Shown in pieces: positions 11,501 to 21,294 of a DNA stretch of 37,714 nt (position 1 is its first letter; every line of letters starts with the position of its first letter). Position numbers and translations under genes: made by a program. A model generated the notes under the pieces. The model was not told the origin of the DNA and did no database searches. It was given only the letters and a program-made list of their open reading frames with translations. Origin of the DNA: Catajapyx aquilonaris (Eukaryota); the NCBI GenBank assembly GCA_000934665.2, contig KZ538835.1, positions 62,001-99,714 on the forward strand, in the 5' to 3' direction.

Positions 11501-12509
11501 TAATGTTACTAAAATTCACTTTGCATGCTCAGTGGTAATTATCTGCAGCACTTAGCACCACGTTTATACCTTACTTGTAAATAGAAAATAAAAGGCTTTA
11601 ATTTGATACCAAAATTAGCCAAATCGCTGAAAAAATAAGGAAAATGCGAGGATTTTTCTACACTGATGCAGAAAATGTGACAGCCTGAATCACAACAAAA
11701 TGGCCATTTTAAAAATTTTCTCCTGAACCCAATTCTGGCCCAAAAAATTGAAACAAATAATTTGATGTTATCTCATAAGTAGCTGCTCATGTAGGCGGCA
11801 TGGTGGTTATCACCACAGCCTTCCACCTCTCAGCTCCCAAGTTTGATCCCCTAGTTGGGCAGTGGATAGAGTTTCGATGGGTTCTCTCCGTGTTCGCATG
11901 GGTTTTCTCCTGTTTCCTCCCATATTCTAAAACTCCCCTTCCATCTCATCTTCCCCTATATGCCAGATGGCCTTAGATCCCTTAGGATCCCCCAACTAAC
12001 CAACAAACCCAAAATGTTGCATCCTGTTGCGAGTGCTCGATACTGACTGAATTAATATGCAACCCATCAACTGGAGAGGAGTGTTTGGCGGATGAAGGAG
12101 CTTGCAATAGTCCAGTCGAAGTCTGACACAAAGTTACACACTCTTGCCTATAGGCTTGTACCTGCTCCACCAAATCCATCAGCAAACTGCTGCGATCCAG
12201 TAAGGAACACAACAATGTGATTGATGCTGTCTGCTTCTGGGATTGTTATGAGAAACTGGTTTTCACTCACTGGCTGGAAGTCTGTCTGAACCTGCAAAGA
12301 TATGATTAAGTAAGTTTGTCCATGTAATCAGTTAAAACTGCACTGTCACTACTGCTAGCATGCAATCACCATTTCTTTTAAATGGCAGTGCTATCGACTC
12401 TTTCTGCCTTGCTTATGGATCATATGCTAGCATCCAATTTCTGTCAGCGTTTGCAGGTGATACTTACCAGCCTCCCTGCTACTATGACTCCAAACATAGG
12501 GGCTGCCAT
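8516..12509 (-). CDS. HIKESHI: Protein Hikeshi / OPI10 homolog (HSP70 nuclear import carrier), ~210 aa; exons 12509-12468, 12291-12162, 8976-8516
   Basis: Spliced product [87 protein letters not shown]...[10 protein letters not shown]...[32 protein letters not shown] start context; GT-AG introns in phases 0 and 1. The ORF track shows only the last exon. Confidence 0.93.
9677..9800 (-). mobile_element. Degenerate tRNA-derived SINE, same family as 11793-11935, opposite orientation
   Basis: Minus strand ...gtggttattgccacctctcagatcccgagtt...gtggaaagagttttggtggattctccccatgttctcttcggttttctc aligns to the plus-strand copy. Confidence 0.6.
10388..11333. mobile_element. ~945-bp non-autonomous TA-flanked DNA transposon (pogo/Tc1-mariner-like) with an internally repeated TIR motif
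   Basis: Left taaaggaagattgcggtgggttgtaaca versus right tgttacaacctaccctgatctccctta. The motif GGG..nnTTGTAACA or its reverse complement recurs at ~10405, 10579, 10601, 10618, 10927 and 11307. Confidence 0.65.
11793..11935 (+). mobile_element. tRNA-derived SINE with a V-domain-like central region
   Basis: A-box-like tggtggtt and B-box-like gtttgatccc, followed by gagtttcgatgggttctctccgtgttcgcatgggttttctcctgtttcctccca, which resembles the V-SINE core as I recall it. Confidence 0.6.
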
Positions 12510-12664
12510 GGCTCAGACCGGTCAACGAGCTGCAAATGCACCCTACAGGCTGCACAATCCCACCCGTTCTTCCTGGCTTAGACTCAACCCTGCGAATCCC
12601 ACGTCTCCTGTCAGACCGTTGATCGAACATGGGTGTGCGGGTGGATGTCCTGGGAATAAGCCGG

Positions 12665-12737
12665 TTATATCGGGTAATCTCTCCAACATCTCTTTCCCGA
12701 AAGAAATGGTTCCTTCCAGAACGTTCCCCGCATTTCC
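12665..12737 (-). promoter_or_regulatory. Heat-shock element (cTTCc-aGAAc-gTTCc, 12713-12727, extra in-register units at 12694/12699/12734) and TATA box (ATATAA, 12670-12665 on minus) upstream of Hikeshi
   Basis: Three perfect alternating nGAAn units read directly. The TATA lies ~45 bp downstream in gene orientation and the ATG ~155 bp beyond it. The region is CpG-rich. Confidence 0.7.
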
Positions 12738-13195
12738 TGGGGGGCCGAGTCCGAATAGGGCAATAGGCCACTCTATTTCTTCGGACGCAGCCCCAGGCCA
12801 GAGCCAACCTGCTGTCATCTGGCGGCGGATTGATGAACCACAGAGGAAAGGAAAAATTGAAGAAAAAAAAACATTGTCAAATTTCTGTACATGAGTACAT
12901 CACATGCTCATTTTTGACAGCATTTGCATTCAAGTGGACCAGCACAGTCTTCCATAATTTAGTCAATAAATTAAGGTGCAATCATGATTGAAATAGGTAC
13001 CAAAATTATTTATTTAAATCTCAACATACATTTTTGTATTCATATACAATGCAACCCAAAAATCTCAATAAATTGCGCAACTCAATGAAGTATGTGAATG
13101 TGCAAATAAAGGACAGTTTAAAGTCTGCAGGTGACAGCAAGTTTTGAGCACTGCGTATCTAGGAATGATCATTCGTAAAATATATTTTGTATTAA

Positions 13196-13360
13196 GCTGC
13201 GCTTACATGGGAGCGATTTGACGAGCGAAGTAACCAATATTGTTTGAGGTGAAAGTAACAATCGATTTTTGCCTGAAACAATACTGGTTACTTGGGTTAC
13301 TCAGCGATGTTACCGCTTGGCGAAAACTTCGCTCGTCAAATCGCTCACATGTAAACGCAG
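13196..13360. mobile_element. ~165-bp palindromic MITE in the predicted SCPx 3' UTR
   Basis: ctgcgcttacatgggagcgatttgacgagcgaagt versus acttcgctcgtcaaatcgctcacatgtaaacgcag, plus an inner hairpin aagtaaccaatattgttt / aaacaatactggttactt. Confidence 0.75.
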
Positions 13361-13601
13361 ATTTGCATGTTATGCATCCCCATAGAAACCCCCTCCTCAG
13401 CCTGTATCCATTGGAAAGAACAGCATATATCTGGAGTGTAATATCCGTAGCACCGTAAAATTATTATTTTCTTTGTATCAAAATTAAACTACCACCAAAC
13501 TAGTCTAAGAAACAAGTTGGTAGCATCCCATTTCGATTCTGTAGATATTCCCCTTTGAACTCCATACTCTCGGGTGTTCTTGTTGATATTATTGGAAATG
13601 T

Positions 13602-16600
13602 TCAGAGTTTTGCTTTGGAGTATTTGGCAACCTCATCCTGCAAATCCTTCAGCTTCATTGCCAGACCCATGTTACCCTGCATCTTCAGCTTGCCCTGGAA
13701 GAATGCCTTCTGTGCATTGAGCTGTCCATTCATCATGTCCCAAAGGTCGGTATCGGACATTGTGAATGTCACATCAGGCTTGGCTGCAAAGACATGTGAT
13801 GTCACAGGTAAGTGTTCACAATTACCCATACACTTTACAGAATTATAAACCGGAGATGGCAGTGCTAGTGTGTCACTCGAGATAATCATAAACCACACTG
13901 TAAAAACAGCTCACCTGTCCCATTGAGCAGGACAGATCCCTTTCCATTCTTCAGGTCAACCACCCAGAGAGCTTCCTTTCCCTGAGGTCCATCTTTGACT
14001 TTAAATGCGTACACTCCATTTATCTTCTTCACAAACTTATGGCCCTCTGCATCTATGACGGCCCCCATGGTCTTAAACATGGGGTCACACTTGAACCCAC
14101 CATTAGATGCCCCAGCCATTTGGTACTGCAAGTCTCCTCTGCAAAGTGGAAATAAATGTTACAGTTCAGGAGCTCAAGAAGGAAGGTCACTTGGGTTTAT
14201 CACACAGATTACATTAGTTCAAAGTCTAAGTAAACACATTACCCTCGCAGGTGTGGGAAGCCCAATTTGTACAACCCAACCACTACAGCACCACCTAGAC
14301 CAATGTTATGCTGCAGTGCAAGTTCAGCACCATCAACCTGCCGCTTTTCAGCCTCACCACGTAGCTGCCAGCACAGCTCAGAGCATTGGGCCAACCCTAC
14401 ATGAAAGAAAGCACCACTTTAAAATGCATTGCACAACTTGAGAAAATAATGACCTACTTAGATATACTCAACTGACATCTGGATTTCAAAATCACAATTT
14501 TGCAATGTCTTCACAATAAATTATGCTAACAATGCTAACTTGCAATTTTTTCAGCAATGCCAGAAAAGGAGCTATTTTTAGTGTCACCTGGTGTTTACTA
14601 AATGCAAAAAGGTGCTAACCAGTAGCTCCAAGTGGATGTCCCTTGGAGATGAGCCCACCACTAGGATTGACCACATACTTCCCACCGTAGGTGTTATCTC
14701 CACTGTCGATCATCTGTCCTGCCTTCCCCTCTTCACACAGCCCCAAAGCCTCATATGTGATGAGCTCATTGGCAGAGAAGCAGTCATGTAACTCTACTAC
14801 ATCTACATCCTGAGGCTTGTACATGGTTTGATGGAATAGTTTGTCAGCTGCAGTCTTAGTCATGTCGTATCCAACCATTTTAATACAGCTGTTCTCCTTA
14901 AAGGTGGTGGGCAAGTCAGTAGCCATTTCCATTCCTACAATTTCCACTGCTTGCTTTTCCAAACCATGACTCTTCACAAAGTCTTCGGAAGCAATGATGG
15001 CTGCTGCAGAACCATCTGAGGTTGGGCAGCATTGTAGACGTGTCAAGAAGGCATACACGTGTGGTGACTTCTCAATTTCCTCCATGGTCACCTTGTCTTG
15101 GAATTGGGAGTAACTGAAACAAATGGAAGTAAACTTAAGTTAGATAACCATTAGACACTGGTTCCCAGATACAAATAAAATGCAAGTGTCAATTCACAAT
15201 GAACCTCATAAACTTGGGTCAACAGTATAATTTGGTGAATTGATATTTAGATACATATTAATTCTTTAAATTAAGCAGCTTCTTACATACAAAAGCATTT
15301 GTCAAGTTTAATAATTACAGGTTCACAATACCACACTTCATATACTAAATATTAACACAGGCAAGCAAACAACCAATACATACGGGTTGTTAACTGAGTG
15401 AAGATGGTTCTTGTAGGCGATCTTGGCAAAGTGTTCTGGCTTGGTCCCATACTTCTCCATGTGCTCTTTCCCAGCAGCTCCAAACAACTGGGCTGCTACT
15501 GGAGCTGGTTCCAATCCAACAGTGTTCATAAGGACTTCCAGATGCTTGTCCATTGGGTTGGTCCTATCCATGAACTGTTAATAAAAGCAATCATTACTCT
15601 GCAATAATGATTTTTTTTTTTTTTGAGTGCAGTGATGGATGTCATGTAGTGAAGTATCATAAGTGTTGTCCGATTGACACTGCACTGGCTACACTCGGTG
15701 TAGGGAGGTGACGTCACAGTGCAGCGAGTGTGACCCAGCACTGGGGCCTCGAATCGGACACCAGCATGATATGATACATAAGCCGCCATCTTGCCAGCCC
15801 GTCTTCGCGCCTTACACCGCCTGCCCCACCTTCTCCACTGGTGCAGCGAGTGCAGCCCCCCGCTTGCACTGGTGCAGTTACACTGGCGAATCGGACACGC
15901 TGCTCCCGGTGAATCTGACGCTTTTTCCTGCACGAGTGTACACTGGCTACACCAGTGCAATCAATCGGACAACACTATACTTTCCATTACACAAATATAC
16001 CCTAAATTTGATCTATCCCTAAGACACTTGTATGCAGCCCCATGTAACTCCTCTGATAAAGCAGTTTAATGAAAGTCTCCGCCTTGGCCCTCCAGTGGGG
16101 ACCCAGACTCACTCAGGTGGCTGGTGGGTGGATCTGCCGCTCGATGCAGCTATGCTGCGCAGTGCGTGTGTCGTGATAAAATAGTCCAGTGCCCTTGGCC
16201 TTGCTTAGGTTTCCTGCTCATCCCGAGAGAGCTCTGCAGTGGTTTAGGTTTGGTTTTTGTTTGGTTTGGATTGGTTTAGAACAGTTCAGAAGGCAGCAAG
16301 GCGTCCGCCCAAGTGTGACTGGGGCCCCGATGGAGCGCGGCCAGCGCCAAATTCCAGGCTGGCAAGGACTTTTATATTAAACGTCACCATAGGGCTAGAT
16401 AGGGGGTTGCAGGGGGCTGCTTGCATGCATCGATATGCACAAACTACAATAGTTTGTCAATACTCCTCTTACTAAAACCACTTTGTTGTGAAATAGACAA
16501 TTTTGCAAAACACCTAGAACAGTGGTTTCCAACCTTTTACCAACTGCAACCCCCTAAACATGTTTCCATAAATGTGCGACCCCCCCCCCCCCAGCCCCTT

Positions 16601-17931
16601 CTACAACTGCCCCATTTCCAGAAAACATACACTATGTACGGCCGCAAAAATGGTTCAATTTACACAAAAATTGGACAAAAAAAAGTTTAACAAAGGCTCG
16701 TGATCCCCAGGTTGGAAACCACTGACCTAGAATAATGGCTGAGTGAGAAGAACATTTGCAGGCAGGTGTAATGATGAAATGCAATGTGTCTGTACATTAT
16801 TCATCTTCCTCAGGTCTTTGGCTATAAAAAAATTATTCCACAGAACAAGGCAGCAAGTTTGAGGTTTACCTTCGCGGTAAGTGACCCTCTCTCCATCTTC
16901 TCAAATCCAAGAGCCAGTACACAATTGGCCACGTTTCCTTCGACCAACTGCTTGGCAAGAAATAAGGCTGTGGAGCCAGTTGAGCAGTTGTTGTTCACAT
17001 TGTAAATGGGAATACCAGTCATCCCAAGCTGGTACAGAGCTCTCTGGCCACATGTTGAGTCCCCTGTTAGATCAGTTTCAAGTTATTGTACATGGTCACT
17101 GGATGTGCAACATTTTATTTAAAAGACCTGCAATAACTTCATGTCACATCAAAGTTGCATATGAATCCTTTCAACCAGCATTTCACAAGCATAATTACAT
17201 AATTACACGATTACATTACGTTACATATGCTAAGCACAAATTATTTTGGTACTAAGGAAGAGGCAGCCTCCATTAGAAACCTATTATACTGTACTCTACA
17301 TATTTTCTTATTATCTCTACAGTTGTTGAAATACCAGTTTACATGGTGAATTCATATATTTTATTACCCAAGTGCAACCTTGAGACAATCGGACATTGCA
17401 TTATAAAAATTATTACGACAAGGTCATGCTACAATAAGCAGTGCATGAGCTCAGTTAAATTATAAGCGCCTTTACGGGGATGCAGTCTAGCGATTATGCC
17501 ACTGGCCAGCCAAATGAGAGGTCCAGGGTTCACATCCTGTCCCCGTCACCTTTGCTTGGTCATGTGACCTTTCCCACACAGCATTATTAAGCTTCCAGCC
17601 CAAGTCCATAGACCTCCATTGACATTTAAAATAATATTCTAAAAGATATCATACAAATTCTGCAGGCGAAGAACATAAGTTACTATCATACCATATACAT
17701 ATCCAACGCATGCTTGCTCAATGTCTCCATAGGTCAACTTAGCATCCTGCAAGGCCTTATTCAGTGCCTCCTCTGCCATTTCAGGATAGTCCTTCTCGGT
17801 CCTTCCTGGCTTCTCAAACTACAAAAAAGAGCCAGTTTAATCAGTACATGCAGAAAAAGTACCATTACACTTATTTTTACCTTTGTCATCCCAACCCCAA
17901 CAACATACACCTTCCTCTTGTCACCAGCCAT
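13602..17931 (-). CDS. ScpX: Sterol carrier protein X (peroxisomal 3-ketoacyl-CoA thiolase fused to SCP2), 538 aa; exons 17931-17881, 17818-17692, 17063-16870, 15574-15384, 15113-14620, 14396-14243, 14138-13915, 13783-13602
   Basis: [22 protein letters not shown]; catalytic [62 protein letters not shown]2 domain ending SKAKL*. All seven introns are GT-AG and the exon lengths sum to 1617 nt, in frame. AATAAA on the minus strand at 13009-13014. Confidence 0.96.
15662..15976. mobile_element. 315-bp MITE with TIRs and 3-bp TSD (ATA), Harbinger-like, in SCPx intron 3
   Basis: ATA|agtgttgtccgattga ... tcaatcggacaacact|ATA; internal repeats gtgcagcgagtg, cgaatcggacac, cactggctacac. Confidence 0.8.
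16066..16381. mobile_element. Probable interspersed repeat with weak inverted ends and an internal GGTTT pentamer run
   Basis: ttaatgaaagtctccgcc ... ggcaaggacttttatattaa; ggtttaggtttggtttttgtttggtttggattggtttag at ~16241-16279; GC-rich relative to the surrounding intron. Confidence 0.35.
16520..16724. mobile_element. hAT (Charlie/Buster-like) MITE, 205 bp, 16-bp perfect TIR, 8-bp TSD ACCTAGAA
   Basis: acctagaa|cagtggtttccaacct ... aggttggaaaccactg|acctagaa. Confidence 0.92.
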
Positions 17932-18560
17932 GTTTGTACTGTAAGAAGACTGCGTTAGAACTTGGGTCGATCTCTGGGCTTGATTCCTAAAACGCCTGAA
18001 CAGACTTCGCAGTGGTTGCAAAATGCCACTCATCGGCATGACCCTCTCTCCCTCAGTTCAGCCACAGCACAAAAAAAAGAGGGAGGGGACTATAAATCTC
18101 TCTTGGAAAAGAGCAATGGTATTTGCTGTTATCAGTGGATAACATATGTGTGATAAATATTTATCCAAGGTCCACTGGGGACATTTGAGATGCACCCAAT
18201 GGGTTGCGTGGCTTAAGGAAGCCATCACATCCTAATGATTTTAAAAAAAACTGGGAACCTACCATTTGTTTTGCTGACTGTTATTCGTTATTTACATAAG
18301 CATTTATCTTGCACAAAAGTTATGAATCACTCCTTTCAGTATTTCAAGCATACTGTAACACAACTTGTACATAATTTTTAAAAAAAATTACAGGCACATA
18401 TACTTAAAATGTGCTAATAGTGCACAGAGAAGTGAAATGCAAAGTTTACCTCCACTTAGGTGCATAAGTTGTACGAACTCTATATCTACAATTTATGTAC
18501 AGCATTTAATATGCACAAACCCTTCGTTTGAATGAACAAACGAGAAGCTTGCTTGATATC

Positions 18561-18683
18561 GGGCCAGTTTCACCAGCGGAATAAGATAAAACAGTGGTTC
18601 TTTAGGATAATCCATACCAATATGTAGGGATTTTCCGAACGAACCCTGGTTTTATCATACACCGATCTTGGTGAAACCAGCCC
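18561..18683. mobile_element. 123-bp palindromic Harbinger-like MITE, 3-bp TSD (ATC)
   Basis: atc|gggccagtttcacca...gataaaac...ggttc ... gaacc...gttttatc...tggtgaaaccagccc|atc. Confidence 0.7.
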
Positions 18684-19129
18684 ATCGTGAGAAAATAATT
18701 AACCTGCTCGTCTCAATCCAAATGTTCCAACAAAAAAATCATGCACAATTAATGGAATATATTTCGGACTCTTGACAATTATTTTTGAACAAGTTTTAAC
18801 GAACTGTTATTGCTCACCTAAATTGTGAAATAAAATAAAATGAGCAATAAAGACCAGTATGATTGTAGCAATTGTAGCTTCCTTCCTGTGCAATGTAATG
18901 CAGTTGGCCGGGTCATGAACTAGGAAGTACACAAGTAGAGCGGATGTAAGAACAGTAAACAGCTGATCTTCCAAAATTGGTAAATAAGTCTTGGCTTATG
19001 TTACACCCGGTCCTTTATGCTTACGATTCAAAGGTCGGCAATTAAAGCCTTGCTAACCTGTGCGAAACGGTGACGAAGCACAAAAGGCAAGTACTCTTCA
19101 AGTAGGGCAGAGGAAAAAAATGTACAAGA

Positions 19130-19420
19130 TAATATAGCGGACTACAAGTCCATAGTTTGCAAGTACTCCGCTAGACGGCGTGCAATGCAAAAATCCGCCA
19201 TCTTTCGGCCAGCTTCTTCATAACGCGCGCCATTTTCCATTTTCGCACAGCAGCGCCGCATAACGGAGAAAGCTTGAACTTACTAGTGACTAACCGGGCG
19301 CAGAGCCATCTGTGGGTCAATACCCGACCCAAAAAGTGCGTAAAACCGCGCACGCGCAGTGCGCAGGTGGTTGCCGCAGTTGTGCCAGACGTCACTCGTC
19401 CGCCTCCCACGAATTTACCG
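19130..19420. promoter_or_regulatory. CpG-island-like bidirectional promoter between SCPx (-) and NIPBL (+)
   Basis: High CpG density. ACTACAAGTCC (ZNF143/SBS-like, 19141-19151), CCGCCATCTT and GCGCCATTTT (YY1/Pho-like, ~19195 and ~19227), GCGCACGCGC (NRF1-like, 19348-19357), GACGTCAC (CRE-like, 19388-19395). The two genes diverge from here. Confidence 0.65.
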
Positions 19421-20083
19421 TACGCAACCTCCTTTCGCATACCGGACAATGCAGGTACAGTCCTCCGTAATGTAACTCCCCGTACTCTCCGTCCCTCATT
19501 TCCTCCATCGACCTGCCGGCAACGGGCAGGTAGATCGCCCCGGTATTCCCCCCACCCCCCATTCATGACCGTCCCATCTGCGGCAACCCTGCCCATCCTC
19601 GGAATGGCTTCCGCGGTCGAGCAGCGTCCCGAATCTATCCCCGAACTACTTTCAGGCCATCTCATCCGACCTGTTCCGACCCTCAAAACTTTTCTGGATG
19701 AACCTATCCTGAACCGGCGGCCCAATCTGTCCGTATCCGGTGCGCTGTCCTGCCCGTAAAACAACACACAGCCGGATTCGAACGTCGGACTACTTTCCGG
19801 CGCGCATCCTCCTGAAGTAGAAGTGGGCGAAGAGGGGGAAAAAGGGGGAAACGAAGAGAGGGAGAGAGGGATAGAGAGAGAGTGATAAAGATAGTGGTGG
19901 TGGCGGCCCCCCTCTCCCCCCACCCGGATTTTTAGTGCTGGTGATCCCAACTAGTGATCTTCCGGATTCGGAATAATAATGTGAAGTGTACATCGCCTGT
20001 TTCGAACACTGTTGGAATCTGTGTTCCATTTTTGTGTGTGTTCCATAGATATTCGCGGGGGCGGGACGATTTCCCCCGTGTGT

Positions 20084-20223
20084 NNNNNNNNNNNNNNNNN
20101 NNNNNNNNNNNNNNNNNNNNNNNNNNNNNNNNNNNNNNNNNNNNNNNNNNNNNNNNNNNNNNNNNNNNNNNNNNNNNNNNNNNNNNNNNNNNNNNNNNNN
20201 NNNNNNNNNNNNNNNNNNNNNNN
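20084..20223. other. Assembly gap (140 N) in the NIPBL 5' region
   Basis: Run of n characters flanked by gtgtgt and a poly-T tract. Confidence 0.99.
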
Positions 20224-21294
20224 NTTTTTTTTTTTGCCCCCGACATATTTTGGTAGCACCCGTAACGCCCTCTGTGCTAAACTTGGGGTTCCTTAGGTTC
20301 TGTGAATGGAGCATAATAACGAGTAGTATAGAATATTAAATTTATGGGAGGGAGGAGGGCAGGGGAGTGGGGAGAAGAGAAATAGAACATGTGTGGTGGT
20401 TGGAGTCTGTTGTCGCCAGGCGGCGTTGATGTCGACCTGTCAACAACAAAATGGATAGTTGAGGAGGGGGGGAGGATCTCATAGATTGGGGTGAGAAGAG
20501 CTGGCCTCGATTGAAGCCATTGTTGCACCTTGAGTCGGTTGCGAGTGTGGGTTCAGGTAGGGCAGTAGCTATAACCATATAAAAATGTAAAGTAACAGGT
20601 TGCAGGCATTGTTGCTCTTTACCTGTAAAAGCCAGGCCGGAGAGCTCATTGATTCATCTTTTGATGTTGTCTGCTTGGAAAATATTAGCTGAAACTGGAA
20701 TGTAAGGCACATTCTGACTTGATATCCAGTGTAATGCATGAAGTGACATTTAAAATAACCGTTGGGAATTGCAGGTTCATTACACTGTTTCCACGATCAG
20801 TCAGCAATAACATTTGGCCTATTGGCTTCGGCCAGATAGCACAATAAGTTTCGTAGCTAATCAAAGTGGTGGACCTGTTCAAGGTCGTTGACCTTCGCTG
20901 ACAGGTGGGGTAAATCTTGTCGCTTTGTGGTGATTTGCCTGGCTTTGTCGTTGGCAGAAAGTGGACATGCTTGTGCATGCACACAGGGTGAAATTGGAGA
21001 TGTGCTGCTGAATTAATGTGAGTTTCTGGGTTAGGTTAAAATTCGACGTTGAGTAATGTGATAAGATGCACCTGTTAGGCGGAATGGGCCATTATGTTAT
21101 GTTCAGACAGTGGTACATGTTGTATTTTGTAAAGTTTTAAATAATTGCGGCCTGGGGATGCCTGGCCATTATGCATTATACGGTGGTACCTTTTGTCCAG
21201 CTCCAAAATACTGCAAGGTGTAATGATTAACTGTATCTATTTTTCAGATGATCTGTTGACCCCCTTATCCAGGAGTTAAGGCATCCTTGACAGC

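Noticed and set aside
12382..12894. 170-aa plus-strand ORF and 91-aa minus-strand ORF (12543-12818, preceded by a pyrimidine tract and AG)
   Set aside because: No recognisable domain. They overlap the GC-rich Hikeshi promoter and exon 1, where stops are rare, and the HSE/TATA reading explains the region better. An exon starting at 12818 cannot be fully excluded without RNA data.
17480..17545. tRNA-like A/B-box remnants
   Set aside because: No cloverleaf; at most a decayed SINE head.
19171..20578. Long ORFs of 100-259 aa on both strands
   Set aside because: They lie in GC-rich promoter or 5' UTR sequence or run through the N gap, and show no protein-family motifs.
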